From Octopus sinensis (taxonomy: Eukaryota), in contig NC_043015.1 in the NCBI RefSeq assembly GCF_006345805.1, forward strand, positions 10,292,001 to 10,356,000: DNA of 64,000 bases. Reading direction: 5' to 3'. The number at the start of each line of letters is the position of its first letter. The stretch's first letter is position 1. The notes below the pieces were generated by a model, which did not search any database, had not been told where the DNA came from, and saw nothing but the letters and a program-made list of their open reading frames with translations. The position numbers and the translations under genes were made by a program. This document shows positions 40,705-54,820 of the stretch, one piece after another.

Positions 40705-41893
40705 CGAGGGTTGTATGAAAAGTCTTGCGCCTAAAAATAAAATAGTACAAGACTTCTGATGATTTATTTTTCAACATAGTCCTCCTGGATGACTGAACAC
40801 TTTGTCCAGCTGTGCTGAAGCGCTATTATCTCGGTGTAGAGGTACCCTTTTGTTTGCGACTCCAAGCGTCTATGATATCATTGTCACTGGCAAAATGGCG
40901 ACCAGCCAGCGCTTCTTTCATTTTTCGAAATAGATGAAAGTCAGAGGGGGCTAAGCCTGGCGAAAAAGGCGGATGCGGAACAAGGAAACAAGTTCGTATC
41001 CACAATCACGAATTGTTGCCATGGCAAACACTGAGGTGTGTGCTTGAGCATTGTTGTGAGGAAAAAAGAATCCTCTGGTGAGCATTCCCAGCCTTATTTC
41101 TTTGATTGCTTCTCAGAGGTGTTTCAGTAGCTGAGAATAATACAGCCTTGTCACAGTGTGACCCTTTTCAAGGTAATTGATCAGCAAACTAACGCCATGA
41201 CATTGCCAGCTGAAGGAATGACCCTGGCCTTTTTGGGGTAGGAGGAGATGTGTGCTTCCACTGATTTCATTATTCTTTGGTTTCAGGCTGATAGTGATGA
41301 ACCCGACTTACGTCCATAGTAATGAAATGAGCAAGAAATTTATCTTCATCAATTTCAAACAGTTCCAGAATGCTCGTGAACAAAGTGCACCTGGTACGTT
41401 TCTGTTTAGGTGTGAAAAGGCGAGGGACCCACCTTGCAGAAACCTTGAGAACCCAAGTTCTTTTGTCAGAATGTTGTCTACACTTTCAGTTGAGATGCCC
41501 AGTCTCTCAGCTAACTGACGAGATGATATTCGACGATCTTGCATTATCATACCAAGAGCAAGGAAAATGCTGGTCTGAGAATCATCTTCCATAGTCTCCC
41601 TGCCACGCTGGAATACATTTACCCACTGTTTGACTGTTGCAAATGAAGGAGCATTGTCGGTTAAGTTTCTCATCATATCTTCATGCCTTTCAAATGAAGG
41701 TACTTTATGACAGTACGATACTCAGTTTTCTCCATTTTCCTTGTACCCTCGACACTTCTTGATTCAAAAATCTGCAGCAAAACAATTAAAGTACCAGAAT
41801 CATGAAAGTGAGCAAGAATACTCAGAAAAGACTGTTCTTACCAGAAAAAAATTGTTTCAGCTACCTAGCTCAAAACTTTACATACACCCCTCG
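40705..41893 (-). mobile_element. Near full-length decayed mariner (DD34D-type) transposon
   Basis: TIRs CGAGGGTTGTATGAAAAGTCTTG / CAAAACTTTACATACACCCCTCG flanked by TA. Minus-strand APSFATVKQWVNVFQRGRE, DRRISSRQLAERLGIS and VPHPPFSPGLAPSDFHLF; multiple frameshifts. Confidence 0.92.
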
Positions 41894-41898
41894 TATAT

Positions 41899-41941
<43 letters not shown>

Positions 41942-42664
41942 TTGGAAACGGATGCGTGGCGTTCCAGAATATAATAACGTAAGTAATATATAAACATATG
42001 CATATATACATACATATATGTACATACCTACAGCTACATGCATATATGGATACAGGATAAAAAAATACGTTGAACGCAATGGGAAACGAAAACATAAAAA
42101 CAAAAACATGGAAACGAATTTGTTTTCAAACAACGAAAAAAAATGGGGTACCTATATATATATCCATAGGCCTCGTCAGAGATTACCCATTGTTAACTAC
42201 CTACAACCTAAATACAACTGAAAAGTATAGGCGCAGAAAATTCCTTTTTTCCATAGGCTGAAACAGCTGTATGGAATGTTAATGATTCTAACAATTCATA
42301 TTAATGTATTTTTAATAAATATTTGTATTCTTATCTTAAATGTATAGAATTTTACAACTGTATATATGTATGTTATTATGGTTGTAGTTTTGTTAATTAA
42401 ATAAGACAACATTCTAATATACTAAAGCTGATAAGCCAACTAATGTGTTTCTCCATTTTCTTATTTGTAATATAAATTAATGGTAAAATATCTCTTTACC
42501 TACACCCATTTAATACAATAGGTGAGTTCTTTACATTGCAATTAAAACCATTTGTGTATTAATAATTTGGGTAGTATACCAACAGTATTTTGGATAAGTA
42601 TTCTCCCTTAGTGGGTTGGATACACAAGCCCTAACGTATTTGGTATATATATATATATATTATA

Positions 42665-42714
<50 letters not shown>

Positions 42715-42747
42715 TGCATACATATATATATATATGTACATGCATAC

Positions 42748-42781
<34 letters not shown>

Positions 42782-43737
42782 CTGTGTGTGTGTGTGAGTA
42801 TGTATGTATTTACGTATGTATGTATATATGCATGTATATATCCTCAATATCTGCTTTTTGTATATTGATGAGGCCTCGCTATGTAAACATTTTTAGTTTG
42901 ATGCAGATTCTCTGCGCTACGTCCTCTATTATTTGCAAGGCGACGATGACAAGTTACACACCTTTCTTCCAAGCACTGCTGTAAACAGTGAATGTGAGCT
43001 AGAACGTTAAAATTTAGTGCGCACGTAAACCAGAGGTCAAGGTCAATCTGTTCCAAACAGCTTTACTCTTAGTGTTTAACCTAGTTACTACGGCAGTACT
43101 CCGGATACTCAATGACTCAAACCACGTATTATTCCATGTCGCCTTTCAGTAAGTTGAATGTGCGATACGAACATCTGATTTGTACTCAGGCTTAAATTTC
43201 TAATGCAAAATTACGTAAACTTGCATCAATTTGCCATCAGTATGTAAGTTGAAATATGTGTAAGAAATACTATTTATTATTTGTAAAGCTCTTCTCTGCG
43301 AGACATTTCAGAAAATACTTCCGTAACGACTCAAGACGGCCTCATCATTTTTGTTTTTTTTTCAAATATAAATTCTTTTGAATGAAGTATATTTTGAGAT
43401 TAGTTAATCTTTTTGTTTTTATTATTGTTTTCTATTATTTACATAAAAGCTTTTCTTTTAAATTGTTAAATGCAAAATAATTCGGTTGGCAGTGTAGTTG
43501 AATTATTTGAATTTAAGACTAAATCTATTGGTTTATGTGAATATGATGAGTGATGATGTATTATATTACTTATTATATTATAAATGTTTATGCATAAGGA
43601 AGCTTTCGATACTAGTTTTAGTTGTGCAAAATAAATAAAAAATGGCGTATTTATTTTTCAGTCATTGGACTATTGTCTTCCCGCACCCAGGCATTACTAT
43701 ACAATAAAGCTTTTATTGGTAATCGAAATGTTGTATA

Positions 43738-43900
43738 CTAGGCGGTTGCTGGAAAAAGTTCCTGGTTTTGGGTAAAACAAAATGCAGGAGGATTAGTTCA
43801 TTATGATTTTATTCAATATATTGCCTTCTAAGTCCCGTAAAATGCCTCGAAAACCAGGCCTTCGCGAAACCCTGAACGCTAGGAATTTTTCAGCACCCTA
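43738..43900. mobile_element. Short mariner-type MITE
   Basis: Inverted ends GGTTGCTGGAAAAAGTTCCTGG / CTAGGAATTTTTCAGCACCC. Confidence 0.6.
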
Positions 43901-43907
43901 TTATATA

Positions 43908-43939
<32 letters not shown>

Positions 43940-44453
43940 CCAGCAGTATCGCCCGGCGTTGCTCGGGTTTGCAAGGGAAATAACTATATAAGCATTTTTA
44001 AAGAGTTACTTCCCTTATAGATGCCAATTCGGGCTTTCTTAGCCATTTCTGTTTTGGTGTCTTCAAGCCATGAAGTCGTTGTTCTAAAAGAACGCTGGTC
44101 TCCTTGACAACGCTTTACGACGTTGATTTCCTTGCACTCCCTTCCCCACAGCTTCACGAGGGAAGGAAGAAGGGGGAAAAGCAACACAGGTGCAGATGTG
44201 AGCATGGACGCCAACTCCGCCGCCACCGACACAAGAAAAATTATGCATTAAAATGGAATAAAAAATGATGTTAAATTATTTTTTAAATCGTAGACTCATC
44301 GTAGACGCGCGCTAATAGCCAGACGGGCTCGATATGAATCACGACTATAAGATACCTGAATTTGGTTAAACTGCACCGCAAAATGTGGGAGTAGTTAGGA
44401 ATCTAAATCGAAGGGGACATACACTCACACAACTACAGTTTTATATATATAGA
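43940..44453 (-). mobile_element. Non-autonomous Helitron A
   Basis: Minus strand starts TC(TATATATA) and ends with hairpin CCCGAGCAACGCCGGG then CGATACTG-CTGG, inserted between A and T. Confidence 0.8.
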
Positions 44454-44465
44454 TATATGTATATA

Positions 44466-44848
44466 CTAGCAGCTAAGCCCGGTTTCACCCGGTTTGTTTG
44501 GATGATATGGCTGTGATCGTTTTCGGTTATGAATAATCTATAATAGCGTTTGTCAACCTTATTATTTCCGGTCACCTGTTTCGATTGGAGCCTCCAGCTT
44601 TCCTGACCCCACGTCGCCAGAAAACAGCTTCTAGGCAACTTGTTATGTTAGTGGCAGAAGATAGAGGAAAATTCCATTATATAAAGTTTTAATCGATTTT
44701 CCCGGTAAATATTGGGGTTAGGAAAAAATACATGATGCATTCTATATACCTGTCTCCACATGTGGGCCATTTTGCACGCGAATCCACCCAGCGGTTTGGC
44801 TGTGAACCTCAAGACAAGAAAGAATAGAACGATCGCCCATGTCTAATT

Positions 44849-44855
<7 letters not shown>
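44466..44855 (-). mobile_element. Non-autonomous Helitron B
   Basis: Minus-strand 3' hairpin CCGGGTGAAACCGG then GCTTAGCTG-CTAG-T; the 5' end is lost in a TA tract. Confidence 0.7.
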
Positions 44856-44886
<31 letters not shown>

Positions 44887-44888
44887 TA

Positions 44889-44928
<40 letters not shown>

Positions 44929-46679
44929 TATATACATATATATATATATAGGATATAAACACTCATAGCTTGTTAACTTAAATCACCCTTTCCATATGGA
45001 ATAGATCTTCGTCGGTGATTGACAGAAGTATCTATTTACGAATTGTCATGAAACATCACACGATCTATTTTCAAACATATTTTAATTTTCAGCAATTTGG
45101 ATAAACAGGGTTAACATCGATTTAGCGCTCGAGAAACAAAGATAAATTTAAAAGAAAAATCCAATTAGAATTACATGCTTTTAGAAATGCAGATAAAACT
45201 TCGGTTTTCTTGTTAAAGGTAAACATAAGTTATCTGATAACGTGTAATTACACTGAATTAGTTTCTCTCGTTCAGAAACAGAAAAACTCGGAAAAACATT
45301 GAAAAACATTAATGCTTTTAAACGGGTATCATCAACTATTCAGAACGATGGAATCCAATCAATTAGTTATGTACTTTTAGAAACAAATAAAAGCAAAAAT
45401 ATTATATCATGAATGTAAGTTGCTATTTTAATGGAATAAATTTCTGATATACGTTGCTTTATTCACATGAAACTGTTGTGCTTTTCTTTGACAGATATGC
45501 ACAAATTTATGAAATATTCCATGTGTTGAGTGACGTTGGGGTTACTGTAAATATGGCACTGCTCGGCATTTTTAGACTTCGTTGTGAGACGCCTTAGAGA
45601 GTATTTAAACAATGTAGTTCAAGGTGCTGAAAAGCACGAAGGCGACGCTTTCTTGGCAAGAGAAACTAAAGATAATAAGGGTATGTTTAGAACGAATGAA
45701 ATACAGAAATAAAGAGAGTAGAGAGTATCCTGCGCCAATGATTCGGTGTTATTCAACACACAGTTGTAAAAGGGAAATTTCTATCATCCGAGACACACTA
45801 AAGTGACCAACTTAACTTCAGCGTGAATCTACCTAAAGGTGTTAAGAATAAATATGCAAATATTCATTTTGTAAACTTTTATACTCATGAGCGTAATCTT
45901 ATTTTATGTGACGAAGCTTCTGACATTTATTGTTGCAACATATGTTTCGAATATAAGTTCGCATTTTGTCCTTCCGTTACCGCTATACGAGCAGATTTCA
46001 AATATTGTTATTTTTTTTGGAACATCTTCATCAAGTTTGTTAGAACTTACAAAACGAAAACTATTCGTGACAATAATCGCTAATATCCAAAAGGTTTGAT
46101 GTCACTCTGTGACATCTTAGGACATCACGAGAGCGATAACATGAAGTGATGTTAAAGGTGTTCGTATTAAGGCCCTAAGAAAGCTATAAGATATCACGCT
46201 ATCATTTAACACATAATGCACAATTGCTTCAGATGGAAAGAGCTGTAAACCAATGAATGTGAAGTCGTAGCCTACGCCGTTCCATCTCTTAAAATGTTGT
46301 TCCTATAAGATAGATGTTCTTATTTGATACGTTGAATGATCGTTGGAATACTGTACCTTATATGGTATATAACTTCCTAAAACCTGAGTTCTCAGAGTAA
46401 GAATTGTTGCAGCAAAATATGTGGGCGTTGATGTCAAGAAAATGAAATATAATAAGAGTGACAAATGAAAAAATCCATGGTGGAGAAGTCGGAGTTAGAT
46501 GTTTTTGACCGAAAAGAGAAGAAATGATGATGATCATGATGATGATAATAAGGATGTTGATAATGAGGATAATGATAATAAAAATAGTAATAATGATGAT
46601 AATAGTAATAATAATGATGATGATGATGATGATAATAATATTAATAATAAAAATAATAATGATGATGATAATAATAATC

Positions 46680-46726
<47 letters not shown>

Positions 46727-46728
<2 letters not shown>

Positions 46729-47714
46729 GGAAGCTGACAAATACAAACAGGAAATCATAACACCTAATAAACATGAAGAAGAAGAAGAAGATGAAGAAAC
46801 AAATGAAATCCAAACTAAAAATAGAACAGCAACGAACCATGATAAAACGATGGCAAGAAAAGCCCCTTCATGGTAAATACTGGACTAAACTAAACGCAAA
46901 AGAAATAGACAAAGAAAAATCTCAGCAATGGTTGAGAAGCTCAGGACTCAAAGCAGAAACAGAGGGATTTTTAATTGCAGCACAAGACCAAAGCCTCCCC
47001 ACCAGAAATTACCAAAGACATGTAATGAAAAGAAATATTACAAGTAACTGCAGAATATGTGGAGATGGACATAAGAAACAATAAATCATATTATCTCTAG
47101 CTGCCCAGTCTTGGCTAAGAAGGAATATATTCACATACATGACAGAGTTGGAACCTACATACATTGGAAGCTATGCCAACATTATGGAATAACAACAGAA
47201 AAAAGATGGTATAGGCACACACCAGAAAAGGTCACAGAAAACGAGAAAGCAACCATACTCTGGGATATGCCGATACACACAGATAGAGAAATTAAGGCCA
47301 ACAGACCAGATATAGTTGTCAGAGATCATGAAGAAAAAAAATGCTTTCTAATTGATGTATCAATACCGGCTGATGACAACGTGTCTCTAAAAGAAATGGA
47401 GAAACTCTCAAAATACAAAGACCTGGAAATAGAGGTAACTAGAATGTGGAATCTGAAAACAGAGACAATTCTTATCATAGTAGGTGCATTAGGCACGATA
47501 AAAAAATATTCAGACAAATACATAACAAAAACACCAGGACTTACAAACACATATAACATACAGAAAATTGCACTACTAGGCACTGCACACATCCTACGCA
47601 GAACACGTTCCATACAATAACCATCAGAGCATCACAACAAATCACAGCACATACCCAAGGCACACAGAGCTGTGCTCGGTAGTGAAGTGAAAGCACGCTA
47701 TAAAAATAAAACTA

Positions 47715-47717
<3 letters not shown>
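46727..47717 (+). mobile_element. 5'-truncated R4/Dong-like RLE non-LTR retrotransposon in an (AAT)n tract
   Basis: ETEGFLIAAQDQ, CRIC...H...C knuckle (frameshifted), RPDIVV...LIDVSIP...K..KY restriction-like endonuclease, ~97-nt 3' UTR. Flanked by (AAT)n on both sides and nearly identical to 57170-58177. Confidence 0.93.
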
Positions 47718-47797
<80 letters not shown>

Positions 47798-48199
47798 TGA
47801 TGATCATATTTTAAAAGTATTTGCGTAACTCTTCACAAAGATAGATAGACAATACAAAGAATGCAATGCGACTGCAATAGAAATTTTAATGATTTGCTAG
47901 ATATTTCGAAAGCTTGCCTATATTTGTTGAGTTGAAAATGAAAATGTGTTAGGGATAGAAATTAAAAATTATAGTTATTCCAATTCAAACGTTTGAATGA
48001 GATTTTCTTACGTTCCCACTTCAACGGAATGACATCATCAGTCTTCAATTTTTAATTTGACACCAGGCGAAATGGAAAGGAAAGAAAAAATAGAAAAAAG
48101 AAAAGAAAAACGAAAATGAAAAATAATTAATCAGTTTTGTGTACAAACGATGGACAAAATAACTGGGGTATCTCATCACATTTCCTGAATGCCTGCAAT

Positions 48200-49260
48200 T
48201 GAAGAATTAGAGTTATACGTATCTGGGAGTGCTAGAATCTGACAGAGGGCTAAGTATACAACTGAAAGTGAGAATTGAGAGTAGGTGTAGCAAATGTATA
48301 TTTACCTAGAAAAGAAGGTGGTAGAGGTTCGATATCAGTAGAAGACTGACTGTGTGTACTTAGCTAGATTAGATGTAGCCTCTCTGTGGGTAATACTGAA
48401 AGGATTACTGCTGCGTAACAGTTAGAGACAGGTAAACAAAGATGCTAAAAGTAGTTAAAAACCAGAAAAAAGAAGAAGTAAGCTTACCTGGTTGGCAGTT
48501 TATGAAGATAATAGCCGAAATATTAGTAGTGAGACATGATTGTGTTTGCAGAAAGGAAGGCTGAGAAGGGAGACATAAAGTTTTATAGCTATTCAAAATC
48601 TGGCTTTGAGGACAAAATTCGACTAAATATATAATTGACAAAAATCAGCTGGATTTAGCAATGGAGATTATGTTAAGCAAAAGAGGAAAGTAACGTTCAT
48701 AACAAGTGCTGAGAACAAATTTCATGAAGGCAAAGACCGAAAAATCTGTCAGACAGAAAATATAGAATCATCAAGGAAGTGGACGAAAGCATCAATCAAA
48801 TTTCAATCCAGTATATTTGTATAAAAAGAACATACGTGCAGATAAGACAGTGAGGGCAAAATTTGTTAACCGAGGGCAAAATAATGTTAACCGAGTGAAT
48901 CGTTTGAGAATGGTTATAAACACAAACAAAATGTGAGATATTCCAATAAAGACTGACCATATATTTGAAAGAAAACCACATATGATCATAAAGTGTGACA
49001 GAAACGGTGCAAGATCATAAACTTTTCAATTCACTATGTTAGAACTTTCGATACAAACGAGATTACGTAATTGTGAAATATTTGGATCTAGTGAGAAAGC
49101 AGTTATTTCTTTGTTAATAGGTGCACTTCGCACATTAACCCATAAAGCTATTTAAAAGAGATTGGAATTGAAATTTACATCGATAACTAGAAAATTACCA
49201 TTCTCTATTCTACAAGAATTCTAAAAAAATACTCATGTAATTTGAGGAAATCTGACACCA
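48200..49260 (+). mobile_element. Highly decayed RLE-type LINE 3' region (different subfamily)
   Basis: Residual motifs YLPRKEGGRG, QNLALRT, DIPIKTDH and IGAL appear in the expected order. Confidence 0.65.
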
Positions 49261-49344
49261 CACCTCGTCATAAAGTAACTGCTAACTAATTTAGCATCCA
49301 CTAGTTTAATAATAGTTGCAGCATTTATAATAATAATTTCGGTT

Positions 49345-49460
49345 TCAAATATTGGCACAAGGCCAGCAATCTCAGGGAAGTGGTTAAGTCGATCACAAGG
49401 ACCCCAGTGTTCAACTGCTACTTATTTCATCGACCCCCAAAACATGTGAGACAAAGTCGA
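49345..49460 (-). mobile_element. SINE family 1, 3' fragment
   Basis: GGCACAAGGCCAGCAAT...AAGTCGATC...CTTATTTCATCGACCCC. Confidence 0.7.
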
Positions 49461-49879
49461 TAATTGAAAATATAAACGCTACAAACAAGAATAGGAATAC
49501 CTGTCGTTACAACAACAACAACAACAACAATAATAATAATAATGATAATGATAATAATAATGGTAATACCGTGTAATAAGTATAATATTAGGAAAAACAG
49601 CAAAACTAATAATAATAACAGTAATAATAGTGAAGCCATTATGTGTAATAACTATAGGAGAGGGAGTCACAACAACAGTAGCAATAATATAAACATCAAC
49701 CGCAATAATGCTAAAAACTATAACCACAATGACAACAGCAACAACAACAACAACCACAAAATTAGCGTTAATGTTGGCAATAATTATATCTTAATTGTAG
49801 AGACCTGAAAATATTCCGCAAAATAAACTGTAGGCGTATATGAAACACCGGTGACATCAGTAATTTGATACGGTCGATT

Positions 49880-50040
49880 TAGTTTAAAAAGGGGAATAAC
49901 CCTGAGTTATCTCGTCTTGCGCGTAGTTGGCAGCTAGGCAGCGCTGAACGGTGTACCTATAAAAGAGAGTTGTCCTCATGTTCAAACCAGTCGCGTTTTT
50001 GTTCTACGCGGATATACACGACGGCGCACGCAGTACATTT
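49880..50040 (+). promoter_or_regulatory. Candidate Pol II core promoter (TATA plus Inr)
   Basis: TATAAAAG at 49958 and CCAGTC with its A at 49989 (31 nt downstream), in a locally CpG-enriched, non-repetitive-looking stretch. Confidence 0.35.
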
Positions 50041-53002
50041 CTCTTTTGGCTCATCTACGTTTGCCAGTCTAGCATGGTAGCTGAAACTAGCTAAACTAAT
50101 TTCTTTGGGACTTTTACACTCTCTCTCCTTCTCACATTACGCACCGGTGGGCGACAATCCAAGCGGTCGTTAGATAATTACTTACCATTGACTTACTTTT
50201 GCGTCAATTAGTTATGTTGACATGAAGTCTGACAACACGCACTCAACAAATTCTTAAGTGAATTCCAACCCGCATTCATTTGTCCTTAGTATTAATACGT
50301 TTGTTTGAATTGAATTTCCACTTCCATGACGTTTGTTTCAATTTCCACTTGTATCAATGCGTTTGAATTGAACTTCCATTTGTATGTGTACATTTTCACT
50401 GTGGTACAATAAATGTTTTGTGGAAGATAATGTGTATTCTCTGTGTTATCGTCGTTATTCGTTTCTAACGAATTAAGCCTATAACATATTTTAGTCGTCA
50501 TCCAAAAGGACGCGCTAAAAAACGAAATTAATTCGGTACGAACATAGTGTATAAATGGTCGTTCTTTACAGTCAATACCGTTTACCATACGACAGGATGT
50601 TACGAAATAGCTTTCAAGCATACACATTATAACCACATCTCCTCATTTAGACAACAATTAAAGAAACTTGGAATACACTAAGAAAGCTGATTTAGTATCT
50701 TAAAGATACCGAAAAAAAGAATAATACACAGCCCCGTCGTTCATCGTACGGAAAATGAAATGCGAACTTTGCCTAGAGCAGTCACTGCTAATACATACGT
50801 CAGCTATAAGACTATTAATGAAAAATAGGAATTAGTGATACGATCTAAGCAAACTAACAACAGAACTTTTAGATCATCCCTAGATAATTAAATACTGATC
50901 ATGTAAGGTATAGATATTATAACACATAAGATTAGGGATGAGGCATACTTAAATTAAATGGCAGCGGTCAATTACTTAGGTGATACGTAGATCTACTTTT
51001 TCCGCTAGCTATGTATTTCTTGACGCAAGTATTGCGTGTATATGTATTTTTTACTGTTATTTTGTATTTGCCTACATCTATCCTCATTTATTTCCATTTT
51101 ATTTTCATTGTATTTGTCATGATATTTTGTTTTGCCTGCGTGTATGTAATTATTCTTATTTCATTGTATATTATCCTGTTTACATGATTTCTTTGTATTT
51201 TTTTATTTATTTAAATTTTGTTTTGCTCTGATTTATTCTCCTTATTGAAGACCTGTGGAATTTTCTATACCATCTTTCTGTTGCGTGAGTACCAATGATA
51301 ACTAGTCATGCATTTTAGAGCTTTTGTAGTGCTTGTAGTACTGTGATTTTATATGTTATATACTATTATTTTTATCCTTGAGAGCTGGTTCTAAATATTG
51401 CAGTAAAATGTCTTATGCTTATACTTCATATTTCTAGATATACCACTGCATCGAAAATATATTTGTAATCACCGATAGCATCCAGAACATTGTAGATTCA
51501 CCAAAACCTGACCACTAAAGAATTTGTGCGTCAAATTTCGATGCCAGATGTTAATACTATTCAGCCAAGAGAAGCGACAACAATAACTTAAGGCTGGTGG
51601 CTAGAATCATGTGATTTAGTTCTATACACAAAAAAATGACCAAATTCCCCCCACTCCCTTACCTTACCTTTTACTTCTCAACACTTTTTCTTGTCTTCAT
51701 TTAATCGTTAGTTGATATATTAGATTGTTCACTATATTATCAGGTAATCAATCAATCAGGAAGTACAAACGCACCCAAAATATATATCCGAAATAGTTGT
51801 TATTCAATAAGGCACAAATAAATAAATAAAAATCATTTATTAATGCCATTTTGCTAATATATCATTCTGTAAAAATGTATCATATATACTTAGTAATGCT
51901 AGGTGGTTTTTCAAAGTCGACTGGCGATGGACTTCGACCTAGGATCTCGCCTTTGGAGTACCTAGAACAATGCCAATACCTAACTCTTTTGCTTGCTTGA
52001 TTTATTTTTTTATGCACATGCAAGCATGTATGTATGCATGTATGTGCATGCACGGTTATTCTTGCATCTTTAGAGATGCTTGTCGTCTCTCAGCTTTTTT
52101 GGCTTTTCTGCCCTTTCATCTAAAACATCTGAGATAATCATTAACTACCGCTCCATATATATCTGGTGTGCTGCATAGGTGTCAGACGAAATTTGTAACT
52201 TTCACTATACGCCGGATTCATCGCGTAACTTCGTGAAGTATGATCTTTGAGGACCGCGATATGTCTCTCCAGACGCGGAGTTCCGTGCTACATGTTTCAC
52301 GTACTACGAAGGTGAAATCACCCGGCCTAGAAGAAATGATATTGCATAGTATTGATCTTTCTTGGGAATTCAAGTCATTAGTCTACCGAACCGTAGACAG
52401 TTGTGCGCGGCCATACATGTCACACCTGGAGCAATTAACATTTCTCATCAGAATTCACAGCACAGCAAACACTTAATCTTTGTTACGAACATTACGTTTA
52501 TATTTATTACAACCATTACGTTTTGAGGACACACTCCTATATTCTGCATGTGCATAAATTCAATGAATCTGCCTATTTTATGAGAAATGGGCTGCCTAGG
52601 AATCATGCACTCAAACACGCATTACTTTTGTGTGGTTGTCCTCATTCACTGGCAGAGTTCTGTGATTGTATGATGCAAGGTACACATCTCAGCAGGTAAT
52701 TTCCACACACGAGCAGCTGATCTTTCTTGATATTCTATGTAATGAGCTCGTTTAAATGATGTATCGGATAAAATATGTAGTTCCTCGCTGCGAAGATTAT
52801 CATATATTTAAACATTCTAGACAAGATATTATTTGAAATTACAATACAGTTAATGTTCATGTTCGTGGCTTTATGACGATTTAACACTCACCTATCTGCG
52901 TCACCTGCTGCATTATCATTTGTCTCCAAGTGCACGTATTATAAAGAATGCTATCCTAAGATACGACGGTGAATAAATATATATGCACTTACATTCATAT
53001 AT

Positions 53003-53086
<84 letters not shown>

Positions 53087-53149
53087 CATATATATACATA
53101 TATACAATATATATATATATTACATATATACATATATATATATACATAT

Positions 53150-53238
<89 letters not shown>

Positions 53239-53281
53239 ATATATACACATATATACATATATACATACATATATATATATA

Positions 53282-53313
<32 letters not shown>

Positions 53314-53695
53314 ATATGTATGTATGTATGTATATACCTATGTAAGTATGTAGGCACTCACGCAAACACACATATACGTATATCAAGTTGTACATATATG
53401 CATATACCTGCCTGTATCCACGTATAAGTATGCGTATGCACATATGGGCCTATGCGATGGTGTATGTAAATTGTATACACACTCTTACGCTAACATTTTT
53501 TTTATATTCATACGTGCTCACACAATTTTTTCCTTACTATCCAAAAGCAAATATACATAGCGTACAATATATATAGCGTACAAACATATATATGTACGAA
53601 TGCACACACGCATATATACAAGGGGCGCGCGCTCACACAAACACACAACACTCACACCACACACACATAAACATACATACATACATATATATGTG

Positions 53696-53736
<41 letters not shown>

Positions 53737-54369
53737 GCATATATGCAAAAGATCGTGATGATGATGGTCGTGAATATTCACAGTATTACATGATAAACAT
53801 CGATATTAAATAAAATTAATATAAACAAATAAAGAGTAAAAGCAAACCCAACGCTGTGTTTATTGCTGTCGTGTACCTGTTAGCCTACCCAAAAACTTGC
53901 GCAACATGGAAACTTCTAACGTGACATTTTCAAGCGTAAATCTATTTTTCACCCAATCTTTTTCACCAGCTGCTCAAAAATACATAAAGAAATCTATGAA
54001 TAAAATCTTGTTAAATGTTATGCGCATATTTTTTGTTTCACAATTCTTATGTGTTTTTTTTAAAAATATTTTGTTGTCTTGGGAACGTCTATGATGCTGT
54101 AGTTTTCTTTATGCGCTACTGAGATTTTCTTTTTTTTTTTTATGGTATTCACTTTTATGAATTGCATGTAACGGAGGCGGCTGTGAGCAGTTGAACCGCA
54201 GTATAGCAATAAACTGAACTATGGAATACTCATTGCGTCCCTAAATATTATCTTGAGCAAAATATTATCTTGAGAATATAATAAAGCAAGTATGAATCGG
54301 TTTAACCGGCATAATAATATTGAAATCTTAGCATTAGCAAATCTTTCTGCTAAAGGTGAAACGTCTGTG

Positions 54370-54820
54370 ACTTTAGGGAGGACGTAAGTCAATTAAATCA
54401 ACCCAAGTACGTGACCGGTATTGATTTTACCGATGATGAGGACATGAAACACAAATTCGACCTTGGTGGCATTTGAAATCAGAACGGAAAAACAGACGAA
54501 ATACCTATATCTATTTCTTTACTACGCACAAGGGGCTAAACACAGAGAGGACAAACAAGGACAGACAGACAGGCGGATTAAGTCGATTATATCGACCTAA
54601 GTTCGTAACTGGTACTTATTTAATCGACCCCGAAAGGATGAAAGGCAAAGTCAGCCTCGGCGGAATTTGAACTCAGAACGTAACGGCAGACGAAATACCG
54701 CTACGCATTTCACCCAGTGTGCTAACGTTTCTGCCAGCTCGCCAGCCTCACACAAACGATTAAACAGACGAAATACCGTTAAGCATTTTGGCTGCCCTGC
54801 TAGCGATTGTACCAGGTCGC
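54370..54820 (-). mobile_element. Family 1 SINE (54510-54743) nested inside an older family 1 SINE
   Basis: The older copy is split, and AAACAGACGAAATACC is repeated at 54490-54505 and 54762-54777. Confidence 0.75.

Noticed and set aside
45415-45494. 80-nt GTAAGT...TTTGACAG intron-like segment
   Set aside because: Splicing from the adjacent ATG gives an early stop, and there is no other support.
46499-46876. Asn/Asp-rich ORF fused to an acidic segment
   Set aside because: An (AAT/GAT)n tract read in frame into the truncated LINE.
52240-52476. ORF beginning MIFEDRDMSLQT, faintly RTE-like
   Set aside because: Similarity is too weak to call by eye.
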